DNA from: Haliotis rubra | Taxonomy: Eukaryota | Assembly: GCF_003918875.1 (NCBI RefSeq) | Contig: NW_025764891.1 | Coordinates: 2,232,001-2,296,000, forward strand | Direction: 5' to 3' | Length of the DNA stretch: 64,000 bases | Part shown: positions 24,901 through 38,584 of the stretch, one piece after another | Layout of the letters: every line of letters starts with the position of its first letter | Position numbering within the stretch: the first letter of the stretch is position 1 | Notes under the pieces: generated by a model | The model's database searches: none | Told to the model about the DNA's origin: nothing | The model's input: only the letters and a program-made list of their open reading frames with translations | Translations under genes and position numbers: made by a program

Positions 24901-27900
24901 TTCTTCAACATCAATACCCAACATCTCCTCGATGTTTCTTCAACATCAATACCCAACATCTCCTCAATGTTCTCTTCAACATCACTACCAAACATCTCTT
25001 CGACGTTCTGTTAAACATCACTACCCAACATCTCCTCAATGTTCTTTTCAACATCACTACCCAACATCTCCTCGATGACCTCTTCAACATCACTACCCAA
25101 CATCTCATCGATGTTTCTTCAACATCACTACCCAACATCTCCTCAATGTTCTCTTCAACATCAATACCCAACATCTCCTCAGTGTTCTTTTCAACATCAC
25201 TACCCAACATCTCCTCGATGTTTCTTCAACATCAATACCCAACATCTCCTCGATGTTTCTTCAACATCAATACCCAACATCTCCTCGATGTTTCTTCAAC
25301 ATCACTACCCAACATCTCCTCGATGTTTCTTCAACATCACTACCCAACATCTCATCGATGTTTCTTCAACATCACTACCCAACATCTCATCGATGTTTCT
25401 TCAACATCACTTCCCAACAGCTCATCGATGTTTCTTCAACATCACTATCCATCATCTCCTCGATGTTTCTTCAACATCACTACCCACTTCCTTCATTGCA
25501 TCTAAATCCCCATCTCTTGCCTCAACCCTTTACGCCATTCAGGCTGTAGTAAACCCTCCACTTACTCATGGTCCTGTCTACACACTGTAGCTGTTCCAGA
25601 AGACTGCAGTAGGGCCTGCCATGCCTGTCTGGAACACAATCAGTTCTGAATAATACCACGTGCAAACTCGACATTAGACAAATTACGCGCACTCATTGAC
25701 TTTCATTTGACAATTTTTGTGAGGCAACGTTTTGCAGTGTTACAGCTTTTGCGACTTTAAATGTTTTATTTATTTCATTTACTGTATGTTTATGACAAAG
25801 AATGTCTCACTTGGCATGTACAGTTGCACACAACCACACTTTTTCCTGACGTGAGATGTCAGACAATTTAGCCGACATCTCAGGGGAGAGTACTCTGTGT
25901 CGTCAGGAAACTCATGCAGAGTTGTCTTCCCGCATGACCCATAAGGCGCCTGCTTGTCCAGCATCTGAAATCACAACCTCACTACCTGCATATCTTGGTG
26001 TCAGAAAACACATTGATTACTTGAATTCGTCTATAGTTTTATACACATGGATCAAAAGTACCGTCAACACCCCGTATTTTGCATGGTATCGATATGTTAC
26101 CATTAATCTTTGGAACTTATCTAACCCTCAAGTTTACATAATGTCGTGTAACACTGAATCGCGAAAAGAACGAAAAAATGTATTTAGATAAACAAAAACA
26201 TGTAAAGAGTTGACCCATTACGTAGTGGTGATAACTACGGTTGTATGGCGTTAACAAGTGCGTCATTTCTAAGATTCTTGCACAATCCTCAAGGAGTTAC
26301 ATAAGTATCAAACCCGTTAAGATCCGCATCAGAACTGGTCTTCTGTAGCCCATGCTTGTCGTCAGAGGTGACTAACAGCGATGTCCATCCGGACTGTCGA
26401 AAATTGTTTCGGGTATTACGTAAGAAGGTAGTTAGGCGTTAACACTATGGCGTTCGACGCTCCGGGCATTAAGGAAAACCAAATACGTTATACAGTACAT
26501 TCTTTATTATGGCCACTTTGTTATACGCCGGTTTAATCAATTTGGGGTTTGTTAGAAAGCTTGGAATTGGTGTATGTGCCATATGTTGAAATATTTCGCA
26601 GCCATAGAGTAATTTAGATTTGATGAGTGATTTATATAGTAGTAGTAATGTTTGTTTGTGCTACCCCATTTACTATGTGATAGGTATTTAATAATGTTGA
26701 GATCTGACTTGCATTTGTCTTGTATGAATTGAGAGTGTTTGTTCCACGTTTTCATTAACCCATATTGCTCCATCAACGGCAAACTTGGATTTGTTTATGT
26801 TTTTACTGAGGTTGTTGAATATATCATCAGATTTGATGGACTATGGAGACCTTAAAGTCTCTGTCTGTTAGAAAGGCTGATGCAAAATTTAGAAGTGCCT
26901 CTTTTAAACTTTTTTTTTGCGAAAGCCTGATTGAGTTGTATTATATACATTTTGTGTTTAAAGATATTGTGTGAGGCGCTTGTTAACCATACCCTCCATG
27001 GTATTGCATATATTAGATGTTAGAGATATTGGCCGATATGATTCGGCTTTGTTTACGTCTTGGCCTTGCTTGTGTATGGGTATGATAAGGGAATGTTTCC
27101 AGGCTTTTTGGTATATGACCGTTTATCAAAGCTGTATTGTAAAGGTTTAGTAGTTGGTTTATTAATGGTTTGGGGCGTTTTTTAACATGATATAGCTGAT
27201 ATAGACATCGTTTATGTTACTTACCTATCTTATATAGTTACATATGTATCCGTGAGAAGAAATGTGACAAATCTGATTCAAATCTAGTTAGCTTTTCTCA
27301 TTTCAACAACAACAAAATACAAATCTAGTTAACTTTTCTCATGTCAACAACAGTGGTGTACTTCCGCCTGTATCTGTATCATTGAGAAGGAAGTGTGACA
27401 AATCTAGTTAACCCAAACTCTTTCCTCATTTCAACAACAATAGTATTCATGTCTTCCCCCCTCGTTAATTAGAGTAGAGCGGATTAGCACAGTTTTTCTG
27501 CTATTCGCTGGTTCATGTTCTCCAATAGTCTCTCGTACAGACCCTGAAGCAAATATATCCAAGAAAGCCCACACAAGTCTAGAAAATGTGGCAAGTCTAG
27601 ATTTCCTCAGCTTCAGGGCTCCTTTTCATTATATATATATATTTTTTTTACTATGATTTTTTTTCTGTAAAATATGTTCATTTCAGAGACTAGTTGTTAG
27701 TCTAGTTCTCCAAGGCAGTCCACACTCCGGCTGTTATTGGAGCAGTGTTGAGCATTGCCACACTCCACTGCTTTTCGACAGTCCGGGTGTGTATTCGATA
27801 AAACATTCGACAGTCCGGGTGTGAGTACACGTGATTGAAAGTACGATGACAATTGTTCTTATTGTATAGATACAGGGAAGAACCTACCCTGGTTTTCTTC

Positions 27901-30900
27901 AGGGCTATACCTGTACTGAACCCAACTGTCACACCCAAACCGGTCGAATCAGCAAAAGCCGCGGTATCGTTAGGAGCGGAAATGACGACAACGGCTCCCG
28001 CGGAGTCACGTGATCCACCCATGTAGTCGAACTGTTCAACCATAAGGGAGAGGCTAAGGCCGCTCTGGTGACCTGGAAAGATCGAACTTGAAACATCAGT
28101 AATGTGTGAAAGACTGAGTATGGTTTTACGCCGCTTTTAGCAATATCAGAAGTATCAAGGGATCACACCAGAAAAGCGGGAACTAAACAGAGCTATGTCA
28201 AACAACTGGATAAAAGAATGTATAGACGTGGAAATTTGATTTGTGGAAATTACAAACTCATATTGAACGTTACTCAAAACAGTCACCGACAAACTGTAAA
28301 GGTCTTAAACACATGTCTCGTTTGTTTCATCATGAAACATGGAAGTTTACTTTCCTGTGCCCCATCAGTTTACAGTGGTAACATAATAATGCGGACAATC
28401 CGGATTGTACCGATAGAATGTGTTTGTCTGTAAATAACAACCCAGAATCGTATATCTTAAATTTTCATGATAAATCTTTGATAAGAGCTTTATGTAAATT
28501 AAGAATTGGTTTTCATGATTTCTGTGTAAATAGGGCACGTAAACATGGTATTTCTTCAGAATGTAAAAATGATTTGATCTGTTCTAATTGTACTACAGGC
28601 TCTATAGAGGATGAGTTCCATGTCATGTTTGTATGCACCAAGTATCTAAGTTTGCGAAAAAAGTATATACCATTTCTTTCAAACGCTGTATTAGACAAAC
28701 ATTCACTGTCAAATTTGTTAAATTCTAAGAATATTATGATTGTTAAGTCTGTAGCAATATATCTCAAACATGTTTTCACTGTGCGTAGCCATAAATGTAA
28801 CCATGAATGTAACCATAAGTTCACGTGACTTGTATAGCATTTTGTAACATCAACAATTGTAATGTAGGCCTTAAGGCCAGAATTACCGAATGAACTGAAT
28901 CTGAATCTGAAACCCAGTGATAAACAGCATGAGCATCGATCTACAAAACTGGGATACGATGACAGGTATCAACCAAGTCGGCGAGCCTGACCACCCGATC
29001 CCGTTAGTCGCCTGTTACGACAGACACAGGTTGCTGAAGACCCGGATCTTCCCGGGTGTGTACCTATATTACCGTCACTTACCACTCGTGTCTACTGTTA
29101 GTGGCGTCTCCTTGTTATAGGCTTCAAACTGATAACATACACCAAGGTCAGTCATCACTGTGGAGAAGTTTGCTGGGCCACAAGGTAGGCCCTTCCATGT
29201 GCACCTGCAATATAAACATGTTCCCATTACAACAGTCAAGGCCTAACGGGTATTGATGGTCATATACCTGCCATATGTCATAATATATCACTGGATTGTC
29301 TGGTCCAGATTCGATAGTTTACAGACCGCCGCCATAGAGTTGAAATACTGCTGAGTGCGACGTTAAACAACAAACCAACCAATCAACTAAAAATGTATAT
29401 GTGATAACACCCGATGGCAACGGATAATACAGCGTTAACTGCTCGTTGTTTAATGCCGCACTCAGAACTTAGCCACCAAAAGAACGGCGGTCTGTAAATA
29501 ATTGAGTCTGATAATCCAGTGATTGACATCATAAGCATCGATCTACGCAATTGGGATACGATGACGTGCATCGACCGTCAGCGAGCCTGACCACCTGATC
29601 GTCTCTTACGAAGTAAGACCAGTTCTAACCCTTATCTTCGAATTCACGGATACTTAAGTACCTAGGCTGGGTCAACGCCAAATTAACTGGATTCGGGTTT
29701 CAAATTTATTTTCCACACACCATTATACCGGTCTACTAGCTATAGGTTTCAAACAGTCAATGACTGCTCCAATTTCATGATGATATGTTCTAAGCATAAA
29801 ACGTCTAGACATTTACTGAAAATCGGGAACGAAAGGCAACCAAGTTTGCTATTAAGGAACGCTAAATGGTAATTTGGTCAATAGTTGCTCATGAACAAAT
29901 TCCCATCAAGAGTGTCGGATGTAATTTTCATCGTGACGAGACGAGTGTAAGCTGGGCCCAGTCTCGCATATCACGCGCAAAGGGAGCCGGGAACCAGCTT
30001 AAGACGAGTGAGGACAGATCCAGTAAATGTAGCGCACACGCTTACCCTTTTAATAGTGCTTCCTTCCTGTGCGCCATTTTCTTGAAGAATTCCCAGCTTC
30101 CGGCGGAGGAAAGCAGGTCGGTGTACTTGTCCTCCAGTTGGTTCAGATGTCCTCGTCTCACTCGATGGTACTGATTTAGTGCTTCATATAGGGTCGGTGA
30201 TGTCCTGGGCCCATCCGTCTCATTTAACACCTGGCTGGACCTATCAACATTACAAAGCCAGGGATAGAAATACTTTTTTTTCTAAGTGTGCCTTAGGGCA
30301 CCAGACAAATATTTTAGGTGTGCCTTTCAGAAATCAAGTATGCCCACATGTTTTTAGAATAAATGACAATGATGATGATCATTTGAAATGTATTGTTAAA
30401 TAAAGAAATGGGTTTATGAGCATTCAAATATGTATGGTATTATTCAATTTGGAAAAAAATAATTGTTTTGGGGATTAAATGACTAAATGTGAGTTATGTC
30501 TCAGGCGTGTCAAAAGGGCACCGAGAACATTTTTTAGCCGTGCCATGTCAATAATTACCGTGCCATGGCACTCTAATATATGGGGTATTGCGAACCCTGA
30601 AAGCGTAGGGTATATACACTGCTTGCGAAAACACATCCACAAAATGTAAATCCTAATGTATTTTGTGTTATATATCTTAATGTTTCAGAGGAATATCATA
30701 TGTTTTGAAGAAGTAAGCGATACCCTGTCCATAATAATTCCCACCCCGCCCTCAACTGTAAATGTCCTTATGATAATGAGATCATAAATCTTTCATGTAG
30801 CTATATTAAGATGGACCTTCCACGCGTTGCACATGATTCATAGTTTAAAATCTCATATTGCTCATGAGGGTATAAGTATGGAGTTTATACCCTGGTATAA

Positions 30901-33900
30901 ACACATTATTATTTATACCAGGGTATATTATGTTAACACATTATTACAAAACATTATCTTTGCCGCTGAGACACAATTTCCAGGTGAAATGATGGCGAGA
31001 TAACAATGTTACCTTGCTGACAAACCATTGGTTTGGGTTTGGTTTGGTTGTTGTTTAACGCCGCACTCAACCATATTCCAGCTATATGGTGGCGGTCTGT
31101 AAATGACCGAGTCTGGACCAGACAAACCAGTGATCAACATCATGAACATCGATCTACGCAGTTCGGTTACAATAACATGTGTCATACAAGTCAGCGAGCC
31201 TGACCATTTGATCCCGTTAGTCGCCTCTTACGACAAGCAGTTGGCAGACCATGGTTGTGGCTACCGTTATGACAAGAGTGTCCAGTCTAAGTAAACTTAG
31301 GCTCAGTATTATTCGTTACACTGCTATACTGAGTCTAACAAAACCTAGTCGAAGGTCGCGTCAGCTAACCTTTGAGCGACCTATGACCGTCCAATCATAC
31401 GCGAGACGGCCGAACTGATTTAACCAATCAGGCAACAGCTACTTGTTTGGGTTCGGCGGGACTTACAAAACGGTTTTTGAATTTTCTCTTCCCTGGTCGC
31501 TGACACTGATCTATCAACAAACGAAAATTCGCATAAAACACAGATATTTGACCTGCAGTATATACGCTTATGGGTCTCTAATGACATGGTTACTATTTGC
31601 TTATATTTTCACAAGATGTCATCCTTGAATACTGACAAAAACGCTATTTTCAGCGACTGTTTACCCATTGCGTGTATCACTCGGAAGCGATCGTGCGGAA
31701 AACAGCATTCGGAATCGTTCGATTTTTTTAGGTAAAGGTTCAAACGGTATGTGCGAATGTTAACTTTCGCCATTTGGTAAGCTGTGTTATGATTGGTCAG
31801 TCCAAAATGTTAGCTGACGCGACCTTCTACAAGGTTTTGTTAGACTCAGTTTAGCAGTGTAACGAATTATACTGAGCCTAAGTTTACTTAGACTGCAAGA
31901 GTGTCCAACCTGAAGGTGTTCTGGTTGCAGATTGTGATCTTGGGGAACTCCACCGCATCCTGGTAGTGGATCTGAGTGTCAAGAGAAGTGGGGTAGGCGA
32001 GGAAGTAGACGAGGCGGCCATGGATGTTCCACACCATCCAACACACGGCGGCAAGGATCACAAACAACCATGTAAATCTGCAAATCAACATCTGTAGACT
32101 TACGTTTCTCTAAGAAGCGGGGTTCGGGGCAAGGGGAAGAAATAGTATGTCCGGGTCGTTCAGATATCTATACTCGCTTCTCTAGTAATGCCCCTGAGAG
32201 GTGCGTAAGACCATGTCATTCAAAGAAATGTATTTTTAATCTTCCCGGGTCTTTTTATCGCAATATGTGTTGTTTTCATTCATGATAACCACATGGGTAC
32301 AATGTGTGAAGCCCATTTCTGGTGTCCCCCATCGTGATTTTGCTGGAATATTGCTAAAAGTGGCGTAAATCCAACTCAATCACTCACTCATTCATGATAA
32401 ATTTTCCAAAGGCATTCGTCTTATAGGAGGAACAGTGCAGCGTTATACAACAAGCAGTCAATGCTGCATGTTCCGTTGCCATCGAGTGTTATGACATATG
32501 GCAGAGATATGACCATCAATACCCTTTAGGCCTTGACGGCTGTAATGGGAACATGTTCATATTGCAGCAGGTGAAAAAGAAGGTGTAAATACAGCTACGG
32601 TTCATGCAGGTAGCAAAGGTATGGTACGTCCCTCTGTCACAAGTATGGCTTTTACAATGTTTCATGTTTCATTTACTGGTGATGCCTAGTCAAAACTATG
32701 ATTTACCGTTTTATTTGTACTTTCTCTCTTTCTGTTCTGCTATGCATAATTTTATATGCAAATATAAGGATTACTCTGTGTGTGTTCACGTAAACTTGTA
32801 ATCAGCATAAATCTACCTATGATTGAGTAAAACAAAAAAACTTTAAAGAATTTTGGTGCAGTGTTCGAATTAAAAAGGTTGTTTATCAGACATTATATAT
32901 AACCAAAATCCAGTTACCATTTACGCCTCACAAGTTCCTGTTCGAGCAAATGAATGAAAACTAAAGGCAAATATCGTTATTACAACCCAAAACGTTGTAA
33001 GTATAATATCAGGCTTTTAATTTGTTTGAGGAATATCTCCATCAATATCCACACACAGGAACAATATCCCATACATCTATTGCAGTGAAAAGAGACTTAT
33101 TCAATGTCACGTATCTTCGTAACAATAGGATTTTTTAAAATGATCTAATCGGGGGAAATTATTTCCCGTCACTCAACTGATCACGTGGGTTTGTTTCAGC
33201 TGTTTCACATCGGTTTTCACAACTCACAAGTATGGTGGCTGATTAGGGCCATCGCTTTCTCACCTTAAAATTCGGAGGTGAGAAAGCGAGAAAGCGATAT
33301 CACGAGACGAGAAAGCGATATCACGAGACGAGAAAGCGATAACACGAGACGAGAAAGCGATAGCACGAGACGAGAAAGCGATAACGCGAGACGAGAAAGC
33401 GATAACGCCCTAATCAGCCACCAACCGCCCCTCATTTTACAACGGTGCGTGATGCCATTGTACGCTGTACACCATATCAAGAGCATGCGTTTGAATCCAC
33501 ATTAAAATGATGACACAAACACACGCAAACCGAGTCAATTATCCATCTGAAAAGGGCAACAAGGAAACATAGTTTATAATACGAGTCACAACAAAATTGC
33601 TCCGGACTGCATGATCCGCCACACGTCTTTGACATGATTCTCGTTGAGCGCAAAGGGCATGCCAATATCATTTACGTAAAGCAAGTACGAAAGCGAAATG
33701 CTACTTTTGAGAGCGTACATTATTTTTCACTTGAATATTTCATTTCTCGTAGCTTCGATTGATTGTCGTTATTTCAAACAAAATTAAAACACCATGACAT
33801 TTCAAAACAGTTTTTCGTTGCTGCAATAATATTCTAGTGTGCTTTTACTTGTTTTGTCTTTTTCTCGTTTCGAGTATTTTAAGTAGCTTCGATTATTTTC

Positions 33901-36900
33901 TGGATGCTTTGACTATTCTGTCGTTATTTCAAATATCATTTCGACATTTTTTCGCAAATATATTATATATTTCTTGTCACTTCAAGTTTCTTTCAGACCC
34001 GTGAAGGTCCGGGTAAGAGTGTGCCTTCAGTAACCCATGCTTGTCGTAGGAGGCGACTAACGGGATCAGGTAGTCAGGCTCGCTTATTTATAGACCGCCG
34101 CCATATACCTGGAATATTGCTGAGTGCGTCGTAAAACTAAACTCACTCACTCAAGTTTCTTTCAAGAACCTACAGTTCTAAAGGCACCAACAGGGTATTC
34201 ATCTGTGTTTTAAACGAACAGTTCGTCACAAGTAGGGTTTTATTTTCGCCCACAAATTGAGAATTGAAACAACTCAAAGTTTAGATAGTCAGCGCTTGAT
34301 TTTCCAGCAATATCACGGCGGGGGACACCAGAAATTGGCTTCACACACTGTGCCTATGACGAGCGAACGCTTTAACCACTAGGCTACCTCACCTCCCCAT
34401 AAAGCAAAGTGACATCAACTTAACCGATCAGGGCACTTATTCTCAAAACTTTCGAAGTCCTAAGAATTCTTAACTTGATCGTAGCCAGTGTGTTAAGAAG
34501 TTCGTAGGGCTTAAGAAGTTTCGAGCATAGCTAGCCAGGTTTGTACTGATGATCTTGGAAGATAAAACGATATGTACAATTTGAATTACGTCAGCTGTGT
34601 ACAAGTGCAGAGATTCTGCTACTTCTAAGTAAAGAAAAACGTTAAGACATATAGTCCGGAGCAGTTTTTGTTGTGAGTGAGTGAGTTTAGTTTTACGCCG
34701 CACTCAGCAATATTCCAGTAACATGGCGGCGGTAGGTAAATAATCGAGTCTGGACCAGACAATCCAGTGATCAACAGCATGACCATCAATGTACGCAATT
34801 CGGATACAATGACATGTGTCAACCAAGTCAGTGAGTCTGACCACCCGATCCTGTTTGTCCTTACGACAAGCCGGGGTTAATACTGTGGTGCTACTTCTAC
34901 GTTAAAAAAACGTTCTTATGCAGTTTTTATGTGTCGATCCAAACATTCCTTTGTTGTTAACTCATAATAATTAATAAATGCTTCTGTGCTTAATACTGCT
35001 TATTATGAAACTCGGAGACTTCAGATGCTATTGGTTCTTCGCCCAATACATATCACATTTTATCATCGCGTTGACGGTTCATATTCCTACTGTATCAACA
35101 TATTTCAACTGGGTTCGTGTCAATAATAGAATGCTCACAAGTTTGAAAACCACACACGCCTGTGTATATGCAACGTTGCTTATCTCTTCAATCTAGACTC
35201 CTTCATCCTGAGGATTACAAATTTTAGAATACATCAGCTATCCTTCCATGTGATGCTACGCGTCGATGTGTTCAGTGTTTGTCCATATCTATGAATGACT
35301 AAAGTATTGCAATAACGTATTGTCACGGTATTGATTGCCGTTTATCACGTGTATGTTTTAAATCAAAGCACTGAATGTAAATGCAGTAGAACGGCTTTAG
35401 TTGGTATATACCAGTCACACATCTGAACGTATTATGCACAATCAGACTAATAGCACGTATCTCGCTTAACACCGGGGTGTTTGAACATAGTCGTGTGGGG
35501 TCAATGGGTATTTATCTCTGAGTCTACAGTTACATTATACTTGTGACGGAACGATGTACCAGTTGGCGGGATTAATGACCTGTTTAATGATTCTCGAATG
35601 TTATCGTTTGCGAGATAATTAAGCTAACGCTGTTTTTACACTGAACTGTAAAGTATCTTAAATAGGGTGAATATGGTCATTCCAAAACGAGTGAAATAGG
35701 AAAAGGTCCAGAAAACAAACGATAAAAAAGGTTATGTGCATTACGAAGGTCGTTAATTGTTCACACCACTGTCAAAGGCCTGTATAGGAGAGGGATTAAG
35801 TGGTTGAGCTCAGTGCTGTGGAATGTGTTTGAATAAAACACATTGGTTTTGCAACCCACACTGTTTTGTTCACATCGCATGCTGGATGTCTTGAAATAAA
35901 CTGTCGGACAAAAGAAAGTTTTCACTTTTAAAGTAATTATATAAAATAACAAGAACGATGTTCAGGTTTGAACCCAAGCGGAATAAAATCACTAAAACGC
36001 AACAGGGCCCCGATAACGACGCAGCTGTCAGGAAAGTTCGTACGAAACGTGCATTTTCAAAACCTGTAAACGGGACATTGGTTCAAATGCACGTGCATGA
36101 CTGTGACATCAATACCGATGTTGGGCAGAGCAAGCATGCAATAACCAAAAAGACCACCACGAATATACCAAGACTTACGAAGGCGCAACGAGACAGGGCA
36201 ATCGGTATGGCCTCTATGGGGGCTTCACAACGTCAGCTGGCAAGAACCTTCAACTGCAGACAGACCACAATCAGCAAATCGATAAACCGCTACCAGAAAA
36301 CAGGCCAGACCAAGATCACGACACCGGCCGAAGACCGCTACATCCTGCAGATGTATCACCAGAAACGATGGCTGAGTTCGAATTTTCCGACGAACTGTGG
36401 TTAAGAAGTTCATCCGTTCGATGGAGAAGGCGTCATGGTATGGGACGCCATTTGTAGCCAGAGAACAACAAGACTGGTTATCACCCGAGGAAATCTGAAT
36501 GCCCGGCGATACGGGGATGAAGTGTTGAGATCTTTTGTGGTGCCCTTTATTCGACAACAGTCAAGAGGAATCATTTTGCAGCACGACAACCCAAGGCCTC
36601 ACACCGCCAGAATTGTTCGAGAATACCTGCACAACGTTAACGTCAACGTATTGCCTTGGCCAGGGCGTTCTCCAGACATGAACCCCATGGAACATCTCTG
36701 GGATCATCTTGATCGTCAGCTGAGGCAACGTGTACCACGTGCACCTACAGCGAACCGACGGGAACTTGAACAAACTCTCTTGGACTTATGGAACAAGATT
36801 CCTGCTGACGTCATCCGCCGACTGAAGACGTCAATGGGGAGACGTTTCTTGGTCAGGGTGGTCACAGTCGCTATTGATAATGTGACTCCTGTGTCATAAT

Positions 36901-37335
36901 GTGACTCTTTATGCACTTTTTGAATGAACTGTGTTTTGTGTAATTTTGATCCCTTGACTCTTTCTTAAGGAATTGCGGCAAATGCATAACCAGCATTCTG
37001 TGAAATTATTGGACAATGATTTCTGTTTGCAGAATAATTATAAGAAATTTCACATACGTCTTTGCTTCTATTTTGTGGTCAAGTGAAGTCGGTGATAACT
37101 TTCTTTTGCCCGGTGGTTTATGTTTGTTCCAGATCACTTTCAGGGCAAACATTTTTAAAAATCTGGAAATAGTGACCTAAAATATGTTCTGACACGCACG
37201 CACACACAAAAGAGCTACTGGCTACACGTGCACTTACCGCCTGGCTGTAGTGGCGTCAGGGCCAAGCAGGTACTTGAAGCCGGAAATACCGATGTTGTGA
37301 GCCAGGTACTGCAGTGACGGCTCTGTCACCTTCAT
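18952..37335 (-). CDS. DEG/ENaC-family (ASIC-like) ion channel subunit, 10 coding exons, ~693 aa after correcting one 1-nt frameshift
   Basis: Exons 37335-37238, 32077-31910, 30240-30046, 29204-29083, 28072-27888, 25964-25811, 25628-25566, 21140-20266, 19823-19732, 19082-18952, all GT-AG with matching phases. Motifs: TM1, EFPKITICNQN, CTWKGLPC..NF..VMTDLGVCYQF, GLSLSLMVEQ, thumb cysteines (CRLNCLT..VRKKCGC), NIYFEDL, AY..EGLVCDIGGSIGLCLGGSILTFIE. Confidence 0.9.
21580..25490. repeat. ~3.9-kb 36-bp minisatellite in a channel intron, with a higher-order ~1.47-kb duplication
   Basis: Unit TCTTCAACATCACTACCCAACATCTCCTAGATGTTC with 34-37-bp variants. Diagnostic variants recur at ~22160/23637 and ~22740/24200. 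Confidence 0.95.
26450..27200 (-). mobile_element. Degenerate LINE reverse-transcriptase fragment (I/Nimb/Jockey-like)
   Basis: Minus-strand remnants resembling ESYRPISLTSNICNTME..VNKRL and KCKSDLNIIKYLSHSKWGS; many stops. Confidence 0.65.
28400..28912 (+). mobile_element. 3' fragment of a LINE (CR1/L2-group-like ORF2 C-terminal Cys/His motif and tail)
   Basis: ORF 28418-28828: LCKLRIGFH..LICSNC..IEDEFHVMFVC..Y..LRKKYI, followed by a (TCTGAA)n tail. Confidence 0.7.
31283..31895. mobile_element. MITE with ~90-bp terminal inverted repeats and a 10-bp TSD
   Basis: TIR CAGTCTAAGTAAACTTAGGCTCAGTAT.../...ATACTGAGCCTAAGTTTACTTAGACTG. TSD CAAGAGTGTC at 31273-31282 and 31896-31905. Confidence 0.85.
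33280..33410. repeat. 21-bp tandem repeat (~6 copies)
   Basis: Unit ACGAGACGAGAAAGCGATATC. Confidence 0.9.
35899..37118 (+). mobile_element. Degenerate Tc1/mariner transposon with internally deleted transposase
   Basis: TA-flanked imperfect TIRs AACTGTCGGACAAAAGAAAGTT / AACTTTCTTTTGCCCGGTGGTT. ORFs give an HTH (RDRAIGMASMGASQRQLARTFNC) and a DDE domain (MVWDAI, QHDNPRPHTA, WPGRSPDMNPMEHLWD). Confidence 0.9.
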
Positions 37336-38046
37336 CGTCGACGAAGTCTACGCGTCAAGTAAAAAAACCCATTCTAAGTTGATTATGTGCTATGTAAATG
37401 GACAATTCAATAAAATGCATTCACGCACAAAAATCCCAAGTTGTGCTTAAACGATCAAATTATATACTTTGCCCTCTGTAGAACAAATCTGATTTACAGC
37501 AAGGATGCAGCGTTGATGGATGAGGAGCAACACACGTTTATCACTGATATCTGAATTTCGGATTCTATGGTTCAAGGACTGTGAGCAACCTTTGATAATG
37601 GACAGTACATTATTTGTATGGCTTGTATCCAATGCATCAATCAAAGGACTTCATGTATCTCTGAGTTCGTGTTCAAGAACTGAACAGAGGGTTGTTATCC
37701 GTCTTTTTATATCCTTTGCTTGATGAATACGCCCTCCTGTATGCAGCCTGCATACAGAACACCCGCCGGTACGGATGACAGTCCGGTCCTCGACGCCACA
37801 TCTTGCTGTGTTAAGCTTCCCTTTCCTTTGATGCCTGTCGTTATGGAAACGAGAAACGAGTCTAAGGCTCCCTAATTGCCAGGAACCTATGATCGTGGGT
37901 TCGAATCCAGAATTATGTTTTTAGGTTTGATAGCATCGGGACCGTGCTTACGGGTTTCACCAAAATGGTATATCACTTCAAGCCTTCCACTTGCATTTGA
38001 AGTGTACTCCAAAACGGTGTGTTGGTTGATGTTTCGTTTTATAATA

Positions 38047-38263
38047 AACTCACGGGCGAAAGAAACGTCACCAAAATTTTTAAAAAATATCTTTTATCGT
38101 ACACTAAGTGATTATTCATATCTGTAGTTCACACTTTCATCATTCAGAATGTTGTAGATCATCCATTAATTTTCCAAATATGATTGTTAAATTTCCAAAA
38201 TCTGAGTTTGTTGTTTTGTGACATGTTAAAAAGGTGGGGTGACGTTTCTTTCGCCCGTGAGTT
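38047..38263. mobile_element. Tc1/mariner-type MITE
   Basis: TA-flanked TIRs AACTCACGGGCGAAAGAAACGTCACC and its reverse complement. Confidence 0.8.
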
Positions 38264-38584
38264 TATATTATCAAATAATTATCTTAAATTTCTAAATTCA
38301 CTGTTGAATCTTATTTCAGGTATACAAGTTTACAAACAATTGTATAGAAAGTGAGTGAGTGAGTTTAGTTTTACGCCGCTTTTAGCAAAATTCCAGCAAT
38401 ATCACGGCAGGGGACACAAGAAATGGGCTTCACATATTGTACCCATGTGGGGAATCGAACCCGGGTCTTCGGCGTGACGAGCGGACGCTTTAATCACTGG
38501 GCTACACCACCGCCCCATAGAAAGCTAAATAAGGGTTTACAAAGTAAAATTTGAGTTACGATTTTCGCGAACACTTGGTGTCGT

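Noticed and set aside
21621-25590. Many long repetitive ORFs (e.g. LLDVLFNITTQH repeats)
   Set aside because: By-products of a 36-bp minisatellite lying in an intron. Indel variants switch frames at random and no frame is preferred.
30259-30599. Possible CAGGG-ended MITEs (also 56553-56791 and 14719-14860)
   Set aside because: TIR-like ends are visible but no convincing TSD could be read, so they were not called.
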